Shown here: piece by piece, positions 18,356 through 27,548 of the stretch
Position numbering within the stretch: position 1 is the stretch's first letter
How the letters are laid out: each line of letters opens with the position of its first letter
Translations under genes and position numbers: made by a program
Origin: Deltaproteobacteria bacterium
Lineage (GTDB): Bacteria; Desulfobacterota; Syntrophia; Syntrophales; Smithellaceae
Reading direction: 5' to 3'
Length of the DNA stretch: 64,000 nt
NCBI GenBank assembly: GCA_022710585.1
Contig: JAKLGV010000015.1
Location: 5,623-69,622 of the forward strand
The notes under the pieces: model-generated
Database searches by the model: none
Told to the model about the DNA's origin: nothing
What the model saw: the letters and a program-made list of their open reading frames with translations, nothing else

Positions 18356-21300
18356 CTAAAATGATTTTTCATTAATCCACTGCGCCCCGTCACGAACCGA
18401 ATTCTGGTCAAACTTGAAGCGGAAGCGGACAAAAGGCCCCTGAGCGGTATAACTTGCGTCAGAAAAATCCTTATCTTCAAAGCCGAAGAAATTATATCCC
18501 AGACTCAGCCATGCATTTTGAGCAATGTTATATCCGACTGATAAACCGCCGCTGTAATCAAACACCGATGCGGACCACGAATGCAGGATGCTGCCCTGTA
18601 AACCGATATCCCAGTCTTTATTAATATCGTAACGGTGTTCCACACCCCAGAGATCCGTATAACCGCTGTAATCATCGCCATACTTTGTTTCCCGCCCGTA
18701 TTTTGCGCCGTAATGGAGAGAGAGCTGATGATGTTTAACCGGCCGGTAGTTCAACATCAAATTGTTGACAATTCTCCAGGAATCCGTATCGTCATTTCCG
18801 TCATTATCCTGTCTGTTAATGATTAAATCAAACCGGTTCAACGCCATCAATTTGGTTTCCGGCGGACGGTAGACCAGGCCGTAGCGCAGATCGGCGCTGG
18901 CGGTATCCGCGCCCGCGGATGAATTGACCTGGAATAACTGCAAACGTCCTGACCATGCCCAGTTTTGATCCACTTCTTTGACCAGACCGCTCATCAGACC
19001 CCATTTATCTTCCGATTCCGATGTCCGGTATTCCAGGCGGTTGTCCCACGTCAGACCTTTGACCTGATAGGTCGCTCCGCCGGATACAGCGGTAAAATCG
19101 TCACTGTTGCCGGATACGGAAACCACGTTGCCGGAAGCAGGCTGAACGTTATCATTGAACCGGTAGCTTTCCGATATGGTCTGGCTGCGCTCCAGTCCGC
19201 CATCGACTTTCCATTCCTTGTTGATCTGCCAGTTCTGCTTCATGCCGACATTGGCAAAAACACGCTCATCGTTTTCATTAAACTGCCGCTCCACGCTGCT
19301 GTTGACTTCGCCGCCTTTCCAGGGCGATGAACGCAGGCCAACCCGGGTGTTTTTGGTGTCGCTTTCCGAACCCCAGGTAAATTCCTGGGCGGCCAGCAGC
19401 GTGAACTGCTTGGTCACGGCGAGTTCGGCGCTGAGGGTGGTCCGCGTCGGAAAATCCACGTTTTCATTGCTGCCCACGGACTGGGCATGGTTGAGTCCCA
19501 GCGTCAAGCGATCATTCAACGTCACAACCTTCCCGCCCATCGTAATCTGATTGGACTTATTGTCGCTGCCGTCCTGAAGCTTGTCGGAAGCACGCAAGAA
19601 GCCCAGAGACGCTGTGTATTTCTTCGCATTATAATCAAACTTTCCTTCCATCAGATCACGTGTGGCATCGGTCATAAGATTGTCCTGACGATAGATATTG
19701 GTGCTTGCGCTGATCGTATCGGTGAAGCGGTATTTGCCCTCGATGCCGTATTTGCGCGTTCCCTCTTCGCTGCTCGGCTGCTGTCCCATGCCGAATCCTT
19801 CATCCTGTTCGCGGTAATAGGTCTTGATCTCCAGTTTCTTTGTGTTGCGCGACGCTTCCACCAGATAAGCGTTGCCATCGCGGCTTTCCGCGCCGGCATC
19901 GTACTTGCTTTTTGCGTACTCGGCGCGGACCTTTGTATTACTGTCTACATTGACGGAAACATCCGCGCCGTAAAGATCGCTGCTGCGATCGCCCTGCCCT
20001 TCGTGAATATATGTTCCGCCCGCCTTCATTTTATTGCCCGGCAGCTTGACACCGGCGCGTCCGCCGTACGTGTAGTCTTTTCCTTCCTGAGACCTGGTTT
20101 CATATTCCGCAACAATCGTTATCGGATTCATGTTCTCATCTCTGCTGAAAACAGGCTCCTTGAAGATGACTGAACCGGCGTCATAGTCAATCGAATAATC
20201 CGTAAAGCGGTTCAGAGTCCTCGAGGAAACCAGCACTTCGCTGCGGAAACGATCGCGCACCTCAATAGTAATTTTTTCCGACCCGGCCAGTATTTGCTTG
20301 CGGGAAAGCCTATACATTCCCGAGGTGCCGTCACCGGGAATTTCATCCCGGGTATAAATCTGATCCGTCTCGCTGACAAAAGCATTGACCTCATAATACC
20401 GGCCCTGCATTTCGGTTTTCACGCCCGTCATGCGTCGCCCGTAGCGGGAAAGTTCCGTAATGGTCAGTCCCGTATCAAAATCGCCGAAGAGCGCGTAAAA
20501 CTGCTTCCGTTCGATTTTCAGATACAGTTTTTTCGCGCTGGCCGCGTCGTACTGCTGTTGCGACGCATCACCGTAAAGCGTGAAATAGCTTTCCGGATTG
20601 ATGGTCTGGAACAAGGCGTTATTGGTGTCCGCTTTTGTCTTGGCGGTGTCATACGCCATCGTCAGAAGCCATTTGCCTTTGATCTGCCCCTTGGCAAAAA
20701 ACGCCAGACGGCCGTCCTGATAGAGCTTTTCTTCGAGATCGGCATGCTTGAGATTTTCCATGTTGCCGGAAACGGTATTATAGCCGACGGTCCCCTCACC
20801 CAGACCGACCAGAATCCAGTCGCGCATAATCGGCTGAACATACGTTTCCACTTCCGCGGTGACATTGTTGTAACCCAGAACAGCCCTGTACAGACCGCTG
20901 TTGGTCACCGGTTGAAATAAAATTTCTCCCTCTTTGCTCATCTGAACGACGGGATGGCTTCCCGATTTGGGTGGCAGCGCAAAAATATCCGGCTTTTTCA
21001 ACGGGACAAGCGTTCCTTCCCGAATCTCCAGGTCCGCGCTCGCCGGCATGACAACGCCACTGGCGTCATATAATTCCAAGATGATTTTGACCGGCGTTTT
21101 GCCGTCGGCCACATTGCCGTCTTCCGACTTCACGCGGATCGATGCAATTTCGCCGCTGCGCGTGACCGTGTGCGTTTTCTTGACGCGGGCGTTGCCGAAC
21201 GGATCCAGCCCTTGAATCTCCACGGTGTGCGGACCGGCTTTTCCGAAATCAACGCCGATATAGCTGTAAATCGCCTTGCCGGATACTTTATCCTTCATCG

Positions 21301-24300
21301 TGAAACCGATGCGATCTTTGGACACCTCCTGGCCGTCCACCAGCAGACGCGGGGTTAACAGAGAATTCAGACAGACGCGGACGCTCTGGATTTTATTGAC
21401 CAGAATATCTTTGTCCGCCGGAGAAATAATTCCTTCCGGTTCGGTAATCGTTTTTTCCGGCGTCTCCGCGCTGGCATCCGCCGGCGCATCCTTTGATGGA
21501 ACATCCGCCGCGGCTTTCTCGTCACGTTTCGGCGCGGCATCTTTCACCGCGGTCGTTTCCGCGCGCTGCTCGCCGCTTTGTTCCTTGACGACCCGCCAGA
21601 CAGCGCTGTCGCTGACGCTGCTGGAAACGATGTGGAGTTCCACCCGCCGGTTCAGTGCCCGTCCCTCACTGGTGCGGTTATCAGCAACCGGCTTTTCGCT
21701 CCCTCTGCCTGCCATAACCATTTTTTCCGGAGGCAGTTTGAGTTTATCCATCAGGTAACGTCCGACGCTGGAGGCGCGAGCCAGCGACAGCGCCCGGTTA
21801 TCAGCAAACTCTTTCCGGTTCTTCGGCGCGATCGGCATATTGTCCGTATAGCCGGTCACCTCGATTTTTTCGATGCGAACGCCGGCCAGGGATTGAGCCA
21901 GTTTATCCAGTTTCGCCCGGTCTTCATCATTCAGGGCGGCGCTCCGGACAGGAAAATGCGGCCGCAGGACGATATCCGGCAGTTGGGATGGTGTTTCTTT
22001 TTTATCCACCTGCAGAATGGTTTCCGCCGGCGGTGTGACAATTTCCGTTTTTGCCTCGCCCGCGGCAGTCAGATAGGCCTGCGTTACCAGCGTGCCCATC
22101 CTGGCTTCACCGGATGGCACAGCCATAAAGGTGATCTCGCGGCGCTGCCCGGCCGGCAAATCATTGAGCTGGAAGACCAGACCTGTTTTTTCTTTTTCCG
22201 AAGGATCAGCCATTTCAGCGCCATCCACCTGAGAGCTGCCTTTTTTGTAAATCACACCTTCCGGGAGAGCAATATTGATCTTCGGCGCGGCCACAGGCAG
22301 GGCGCTGCTCTTCACCGACACTTTGTAAATGATGGTTTCTTTGTCCAGCGTATTGGTCAGATCCAGAACAATCTCGCCTTTGACGGGAGCCGTCTTTTCC
22401 GGCGGTTTGGCTTTGGAACGGACATGGAAATCCGCGCGCCAGATGGTGCCGCCCTGCGTTTCAACAAACTGCGAAAATGAACGGCCGGCAAAACGGCTGT
22501 TTTCCGTACAGGCAAAAGGCGTAGAACCTTCGGGCAGCGAATCCAGATCCATCTGCACGACATGCAGGCCGGGACGGACACCCTCGAAATGATACAGACC
22601 CCGTTTATCAGTGATGGCGAATGTGCCGTCCTCCAGATAAATGCGAACGCCTTCAACGCCGGTAGCACCCTCGCCGGACTTGTCATTGCAGTCACCGGTG
22701 CTCACACGTCCCATCAGGACGGATCGGGTTTTCATCAAATCGTCCCTGATCTTGACCGTAACGCGCGCCCGGTTCGATTTTTCACCGGTCGCCGCGAAGG
22801 CAATGGCATTGTTGATCGCGTCACCGAGTTTTGTTCCCGCGGTCACTTCCGTCATATAATCAATGATCGCCGAACCTTCCTTCGCCAGGAACCCGACATT
22901 AAACGTCAGCGTCCGGCCGTCTTTGGAAATGGTCGGATTATCCATGGAGGCGCTGTTGAATTTTGCCGATCCTTTGCGGTACCGGAAACCCACCGGCATG
23001 ACATCGGTAATTTGAACGCCGTTGGCGCCCACTCTTGTGCTTCGATTGGCCACGGTCAGTTGATAGGGAATAAAATCGCCATAACCGGCCGTGTCCTTGC
23101 CGACGGTTTTTTGCAGCCAGAGTTCTACGGGGGCCTGATCAAGCGGAATATCAATCCGTACCGCCGGACCGGGATTGAGTGTAAAGGTCTCTCCCCGGGA
23201 ACCGTCAACAATATTAAACGGTGCGCCGGGTAATGTCTGGATAATTTCCGTCGCCACAATACTCGGGAAGGCATAACCGGGCGGCGGCTCCACAACAAAC
23301 TGATAACTGCCCGGGAAAACATACGGGAAACGGAAACCGCCTTCCGGAAACGTATAAACCCGCCCGCTGCTGTCGGTAACAGTGCCGCCGCTGGTTATCG
23401 TTGACGGATAAGCGCTGACGCCGTCATCGCCGAAAACGACAGCCGGCTGCCCGGTAGCGGTGTCAATGATGGTCACCTTCGCGCCATCAACCGGCAGACC
23501 TGTGGTGGTATCAAAAACAATACCGAGAGGATCCACCATAACCGCGGTAACCGAAGTATCCGTGCCATCCGCCACATCCACATAATTGATATAAAGCATC
23601 TCCCCATCTTTGACGGAGATGGTGCCGTTATACGTGGTCACCGTCGTATTGGCGGTAAACACATAGCCGACAAACACGCCCGTATTGGGTCCGGTTTCGG
23701 TCAGCCGGATGACTTCGACATCCCCGTTGACCTGATTTTTGACGGTTACAAAAACTGTTTCCCTCACCGTATTATCCAGATTCTGATCCAGATCCGTCAC
23801 CCGGATGAAAAGCGGTTCGCCCTGATGCAGCAACCGGCTGTCCGTCAAGGGCAGCGGATTGCTCAAATCCAGAGGCGTCGTTGTCCCCACGGGAACAGGC
23901 GACGTCATATTCACGAACTGACCGGCGGAGCCTCCGGAAAGATACGCGGATTGGAAAACATTAACTTGATCGGCTCCGGTAAGTTCCGGAGCATACGCTA
24001 ACGTTTCAATCGTTGAGGGTGTCCGGATAACAATCGTCACCGTCACCGACGACGATCCCTGTCCGATAAAAGCATTACTGTTAATCTTTGCGTTGTTCAC
24101 AACCTTATCAGCCTGGACGGGAGCGGCAAAAGTAAAAGCGGGAAGAACCAGAAGAGCAGATAAAACCGCTAAAACGGACAAGACAATCGTAAAATGACTC
24201 TGACAGGACCAGCGCCGTTTCCAACCGGAATTGAACAAAACACCACCGACCCCGCTTGCCATACAAGGCAAACGGGTCGGTTTTCCGGCCTTTCGGCCGG

Positions 24301-24340
24301 AAAACCGTCGGTGAAGTCTATGTAACCGGTTTAAAAGCAT
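18356..24340 (-). CDS. giant outer-membrane protein: DUF11/Cna-B-like passenger modules, OmpA peptidoglycan-binding domain and a large C-terminal beta-barrel
   Basis: Signal peptide ...LLVLPAFTFA/AP. Two DUF11-like modules (e.g. GDFIPYQLTVANRSTRVGANGVQITDVMPVGFRY). A CarboxypepD_reg/SdrD-B-like module (GVRIYLEDGTFAITDKRGLYHFEGVRPG). An OmpA domain (IEVTGYTDNMP...NRALSLARASSVGRYL...NRRVELHIV). The last 880 aa or so are alternating beta-strands ending FVRFRFKF...EKSF. The true start is probably internal (ATG 24262), because codons 10-22 of the long ORF are a perfect hairpin. Confidence 0.8.
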   Translation of the reverse strand: MLLNRLHRLHRRFSGRKAGKPTRLPCMASGVGGVLFNSGWKRRWSCQSHFTIVLSVLAVLSALLVLPAFTFAAPVQADKVVNNAKINSNAFIGQGSSSVTVTIVIRTPSTIETLAYAPELTGADQVNVFQSAYLSGGSAGQFVNMTSPVPVGTTTPLDLSNPLPLTDSRLLHQGEPLFIRVTDLDQNLDNTVRETVFVTVKNQVNGDVEVIRLTETGPNTGVFVGYVFTANTTVTTYNGTISVKDGEMLYINYVDVADGTDTSVTAVMVDPLGIVFDTTTGLPVDGAKVTIIDTATGQPAVVFGDDGVSAYPSTITSGGTVTDSSGRVYTFPEGGFRFPYVFPGSYQFVVEPPPGYAFPSIVATEIIQTLPGAPFNIVDGSRGETFTLNPGPAVRIDIPLDQAPVELWLQKTVGKDTAGYGDFIPYQLTVANRSTRVGANGVQITDVMPVGFRYRKGSAKFNSASMDNPTISKDGRTLTFNVGFLAKEGSAIIDYMTEVTAGTKLGDAINNAIAFAATGEKSNRARVTVKIRDDLMKTRSVLMGRVSTGDCNDKSGEGATGVEGVRIYLEDGTFAITDKRGLYHFEGVRPGLHVVQMDLDSLPEGSTPFACTENSRFAGRSFSQFVETQGGTIWRADFHVRSKAKPPEKTAPVKGEIVLDLTNTLDKETIIYKVSVKSSALPVAAPKINIALPEGVIYKKGSSQVDGAEMADPSEKEKTGLVFQLNDLPAGQRREITFMAVPSGEARMGTLVTQAYLTAAGEAKTEIVTPPAETILQVDKKETPSQLPDIVLRPHFPVRSAALNDEDRAKLDKLAQSLAGVRIEKIEVTGYTDNMPIAPKNRKEFADNRALSLARASSVGRYLMDKLKLPPEKMVMAGRGSEKPVADNRTSEGRALNRRVELHIVSSSVSDSAVWRVVKEQSGEQRAETTAVKDAAPKRDEKAAADVPSKDAPADASAETPEKTITEPEGIISPADKDILVNKIQSVRVCLNSLLTPRLLVDGQEVSKDRIGFTMKDKVSGKAIYSYIGVDFGKAGPHTVEIQGLDPFGNARVKKTHTVTRSGEIASIRVKSEDGNVADGKTPVKIILELYDASGVVMPASADLEIREGTLVPLKKPDIFALPPKSGSHPVVQMSKEGEILFQPVTNSGLYRAVLGYNNVTAEVETYVQPIMRDWILVGLGEGTVGYNTVSGNMENLKHADLEEKLYQDGRLAFFAKGQIKGKWLLTMAYDTAKTKADTNNALFQTINPESYFTLYGDASQQQYDAASAKKLYLKIERKQFYALFGDFDTGLTITELSRYGRRMTGVKTEMQGRYYEVNAFVSETDQIYTRDEIPGDGTSGMYRLSRKQILAGSEKITIEVRDRFRSEVLVSSRTLNRFTDYSIDYDAGSVIFKEPVFSRDENMNPITIVAEYETRSQEGKDYTYGGRAGVKLPGNKMKAGGTYIHEGQGDRSSDLYGADVSVNVDSNTKVRAEYAKSKYDAGAESRDGNAYLVEASRNTKKLEIKTYYREQDEGFGMGQQPSSEEGTRKYGIEGKYRFTDTISASTNIYRQDNLMTDATRDLMEGKFDYNAKKYTASLGFLRASDKLQDGSDNKSNQITMGGKVVTLNDRLTLGLNHAQSVGSNENVDFPTRTTLSAELAVTKQFTLLAAQEFTWGSESDTKNTRVGLRSSPWKGGEVNSSVERQFNENDERVFANVGMKQNWQINKEWKVDGGLERSQTISESYRFNDNVQPASGNVVSVSGNSDDFTAVSGGATYQVKGLTWDNRLEYRTSESEDKWGLMSGLVKEVDQNWAWSGRLQLFQVNSSAGADTASADLRYGLVYRPPETKLMALNRFDLIINRQDNDGNDDTDSWRIVNNLMLNYRPVKHHQLSLHYGAKYGRETKYGDDYSGYTDLWGVEHRYDINKDWDIGLQGSILHSWSASVFDYSGGLSVGYNIAQNAWLSLGYNFFGFEDKDFSDASYTAQGPFVRFRFKFDQNSVRDGAQWINEKSF
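24278..24307 (-). promoter_or_regulatory. perfect 13-bp stem-loop between the 399-aa subunit gene and the giant gene
   Basis: CGGTTTTCCGGCC-tttc-GGCCGGAAAACCG (GAAA tetraloop on the mRNA strand). No U-tract follows, so this is more likely an RNA stability, processing or attenuation element than a full terminator. Confidence 0.6.
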
Positions 24341-24363
24341 AAACGAAACACTGATCCCATCTC

Positions 24364-25563
24364 TTAGGGGTTAACTGTCGCCTGATAGAGCACAAGCACC
24401 CTGCTGCTCGCCGGAATCGTTCCACCGGCCGAACTCGTTGCTCCCTGGCCGATATACACCGTCAATGTGGGAGCGGCATACGTGGCCTGGTCATCACCCG
24501 ATGTTGCGGACAGCGTTGTCGGCACATTGGCCTCGTTGACATACGTCACTGCTTTTCCGCTATAGGAATCCGTTTTGAATGTCACAAACGTTGTCGGCAA
24601 CGCATCGGAGATCACAGACGCGGAAACGCCTCCCGATGTGCTGGTATTGGCCGCAACCAGGATGTACTCCAGCGTATCTCCGGGTTCCGCCGTCACACCG
24701 GCCGGATAATAATTGGTGGAATTATAGACATAAGCCACTCCCGTTCCGCTACCGGGCCTGGTGATGTTGCGCACATACTTGCTCAGATTGGCCACACCGC
24801 TGGTAAAGGTGTTGAGAATCGCCGGAGTCGAGGTAGCCGTGGCCGACGCATCCGTGGCTGATGTAACGGTCGCCGTGACAGAAACCGTGACATCGGTGCC
24901 GGGGGTAGTGATCGTGCCCGGCGTAACCGTGGCCTGGATCACCTGCCGTTCAGCAACCAGAACACCGGCAGCAGGCGCTGCGGATAGTGCCGAAGCAAGT
25001 GTGATAGTGGACGTACCGGTAGCATTATCCACGATACCGGTAACTATTCTGGCTTCACCATTGATGACGACTGTATCGCCTACAGCAATGCCGTTAACAC
25101 CGGGCACCTCGCCGGGCAGGTTGCCATCCGCGGGAACCACGATGACCGTGGCAGTCGATCCGGTGGTGGTCACCGACGCGCCCAGTGTTACTGTGGCTGT
25201 GGTCGGAGTAGCCGTGGCGCCGGTGGTATTGGTGGACCCCGTTACCGTCGTGGCAATGTTATAGGTATCCGGGCCATTGGCACCGGCCGTAACGGTAAAG
25301 CTGTCCGTCAGCGTGGCGCCAGAGCTGTATGATGTGCTCTGGTTCGGTCCCGGTACGATGGTCAATGCCGCCGGCACCAGGCTGACGGTCACCGTGACGC
25401 TGGCCGTGGCCGTTCGGGTACCGGAACCATCAAAGTAAGACAGTTGCGCCTGGTTGATAATCTGCGTGTTGGCCGCAATGTTCGCCCAGGCTGAAGCGGC
25501 TGACATAACGGCAAACAGCATGATAATCATCAAGCAGGCACATATTTTTTTGTGAATTTTCAT
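24364..25563 (-). CDS. secreted Thr/Ala/Val-rich DUF11-type protein (candidate fibre subunit, paralog of 25650..26786)
   Basis: The start is set at ATG 25563 (RBS AAAGGAG). Signal peptide MKIHKKICACLMIIMLFAVMSAASAWA. C-terminal DUF11-like module (AEPGDTLEYILVAANTSTSGGVSASVISDALPTTFV...). Collinear similarity to the 378-aa neighbour (GPDTY, TLGA and NGI..GD.V.I motifs). Confidence 0.8.
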   Translation of the reverse strand: MKIHKKICACLMIIMLFAVMSAASAWANIAANTQIINQAQLSYFDGSGTRTATASVTVTVSLVPAALTIVPGPNQSTSYSSGATLTDSFTVTAGANGPDTYNIATTVTGSTNTTGATATPTTATVTLGASVTTTGSTATVIVVPADGNLPGEVPGVNGIAVGDTVVINGEARIVTGIVDNATGTSTITLASALSAAPAAGVLVAERQVIQATVTPGTITTPGTDVTVSVTATVTSATDASATATSTPAILNTFTSGVANLSKYVRNITRPGSGTGVAYVYNSTNYYPAGVTAEPGDTLEYILVAANTSTSGGVSASVISDALPTTFVTFKTDSYSGKAVTYVNEANVPTTLSATSGDDQATYAAPTLTVYIGQGATSSAGGTIPASSRVLVLYQATVNP

Positions 25564-25602
25564 ATGTTTCTCCTTTAATGTTCTCCTTTTATAAAGTTTT
25601 TG

Positions 25603-25638
25603 ATGAGCAGAAGCGGTGGTATGGCCGCTTCTGCTCAT
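25603..25638 (-). promoter_or_regulatory. perfect 14-bp stem-loop between the 378-aa and 399-aa subunit genes
   Basis: ATGAGCAGAAGCGG-tggtatgg-CCGCTTCTGCTCAT, 12 nt downstream of the upstream gene's stop codon and upstream of the next gene's RBS. The ORF-track N-terminal extension MSRSGHTTASAH is simply this hairpin translated. Confidence 0.6.
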
Positions 25639-25649
25639 ACTCTAAAGAG

Positions 25650-26786
25650 TTAATTTACCGTGACCTGGAATGTTATTGTAGCCACTCCTGCAGGACTTAA
25701 AATACCGCTGGAAACCGCTCCGGCTGCACGGGCTGGATCATCGTCGTCAACCAGTAACCCCGCAATTAATGGCGAAGGATCGGCAACCCCGTCGTTGGCA
25801 ACGGTCTTGCCGTTGAGCCTCGTCGATTGATGTACATAAGTTGTGTAAGGCGGCAACGGGTCTGTTATGGTAACAACATTAGCATCGCTGCTGCCGGTAT
25901 TGGTCACAACGATGGTATAGGTTATCGTGTCACCGGGAGCCGCAGAGGCAGTACTCGCGGTCTTCTCAATCGTAAGGTTTGCCGGTGTTACTGTGGTTAC
26001 CGTCTCATCCGTATCGGCATCGCACGATCCGTCCGCTGTGGTCACAACCGTAATGGTTTGATTAGATGCCGCTGTTAACGCACCGGGATCAACCGCTACC
26101 GTAAAGGTCTGCTGCTCATAAATGGGATCGCCTGGATTAATAGCTGCCTGGAGCGCAGTATAAGGCGCTGTGGTATCTAAATTAATGGTCGACGTACCGC
26201 CGACTGTACCACCATTATCAGTAACGGTGCTGACTTTGTAAACATAGCTACCGATAACAATGAGGTCTCCGTTTTCAATGCCGTTGACTGAACTGTTGGA
26301 CCCTGCATCATTAGGCACCGTAATGGAAGTGGCGCCTATTGCCGCAGCCCCCGCCACCGTGGTAGCGCCCAGCGTGATGCTTGCGGTTGAGGGAGTGGCC
26401 GTCGAACCGCTGATACCGGCAGACTCCGCCGTGACAGCAGCGCTGATGGCATACGTGTCGGGACCATTGGACTGTGATGTCAAGGTATAGGTGTAAACCT
26501 CATTGGTCGCCGGATCCGTGGTGCCGTCACCAGGCGAACTTAATAACGGTGCAACGCAAACAAACTCAACCGTGACATCGACACTGTCGGATACCGCCGG
26601 CATGGCTGTACCCGCCGTATCATTGTAATTGACCGTCGCCGTGTTGCGGATCGTGGTGTAGGCCGCTGTTGAAGCCTGAGCCGCCTGTGGCAGGACAAAG
26701 GCCAGCAACGCCAGCAGTGTCAGACTGCAGACAAAAGCCTTTGACGCGGCCCTCCTGATGTTGATAAATCTTGTTTTCATATTCAT
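25650..26786 (-). CDS. secreted DUF11-domain protein (candidate fibre subunit)
   Basis: Signal peptide ...LPQAAQA/ST. The C-terminal canonical DUF11 module (PGDTITYTIVVTNTGSSDANVVTITDPLPPYTTYVHQSTRLNG...ATITFQVTVN) is closely similar to the C-terminus of the 1,074-aa protein. Confidence 0.85.
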   Translation of the reverse strand: MNMKTRFINIRRAASKAFVCSLTLLALLAFVLPQAAQASTAAYTTIRNTATVNYNDTAGTAMPAVSDSVDVTVEFVCVAPLLSSPGDGTTDPATNEVYTYTLTSQSNGPDTYAISAAVTAESAGISGSTATPSTASITLGATTVAGAAAIGATSITVPNDAGSNSSVNGIENGDLIVIGSYVYKVSTVTDNGGTVGGTSTINLDTTAPYTALQAAINPGDPIYEQQTFTVAVDPGALTAASNQTITVVTTADGSCDADTDETVTTVTPANLTIEKTASTASAAPGDTITYTIVVTNTGSSDANVVTITDPLPPYTTYVHQSTRLNGKTVANDGVADPSPLIAGLLVDDDDPARAAGAVSSGILSPAGVATITFQVTVN

Positions 26787-26950
26787 TCCTCCTTAAAAAT
26801 TAATTTCGTTTTTTTATCTTTTTTTTATTTTCATTAATGACTTATTTTTTACTCACTACCATTATCTTCATTTTGCATTCCCTCACCCGTCCATAAGCGC
26901 CTCCTTGATTTCTCCTTTTGTTGTTATATTCCTGAGACAGGACGTTCCTG

Positions 26951-27430
26951 TCATTTCACTTTCACCTTGAAGCCAACCTGACCTTTGCCGCCCTCGGGAA
27001 CTTTGGCAATGGTCCAGCGGATATTGGTGTATTGCTCGGGTGACGCGACTTTCTTTTCCACCTTTCCGCCCGGAAGCGTAATTTCGTAAGTCAGCAGGGA
27101 AGGTTTTTTAAACGTCTTGCCGCCGTCAATGGAAAACGTGACATCCGCATCGCTACCGAAGGCGCTGCCGTTAATATAGACCGTGCCTTTGGGAATCGGA
27201 TCATCCAGAACAGCGTTGGTTGCCGCTTCATTACCGGTATTGACGTAGCTGATGGTATAAATAACCACGTCACCGGAACTGATTTTAGTCACGGGCACCC
27301 TTTTGGTCGCATTATTGACTGTTACCTCTGTTTCCGCCTTCATGTTTACCGACAGAAGGGGTTTGGCCATCGCCTCCATCGCAAACATGAGCAAGCTCAT
27401 TGCCGCTAATAACGTAAAAATTTTCTTCAT
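26951..27430 (-). CDS. small secreted single-DUF11-domain protein
   Basis: Signal peptide MKKIFTLLAAMSLLMFAMEAMA/KP, then one module SGDVVIYTISYVNTGNEAATNAVLDDPIPKGTVYINGS...GQVGFKVKVK. Total 159 aa. Confidence 0.8.
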   Translation of the reverse strand: MKKIFTLLAAMSLLMFAMEAMAKPLLSVNMKAETEVTVNNATKRVPVTKISSGDVVIYTISYVNTGNEAATNAVLDDPIPKGTVYINGSAFGSDADVTFSIDGGKTFKKPSLLTYEITLPGGKVEKKVASPEQYTNIRWTIAKVPEGGKGQVGFKVKVK

Positions 27431-27548
27431 AACATCCTCCTTTCAGACACCTGTTAAAATATTTTTGATAAATCAGTAGAGTAAGCTTCTACTCATGCTC
27501 TTCTTGCCCATTATTTTTTTCACCTCCATATCATTTTATTTTGCACGC

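Noticed and set aside
26936-26952. 7-bp hairpin GACAGGA-cgt-TCCTGTC overlapping the stop codon of the 159-aa gene, and a 6-bp hairpin at about 27474..27494.
   Set aside because: The stems are short, no U-tract follows, and they are far weaker than the 13- and 14-bp hairpins flanking the 399-aa gene. This is not enough to call a terminator.
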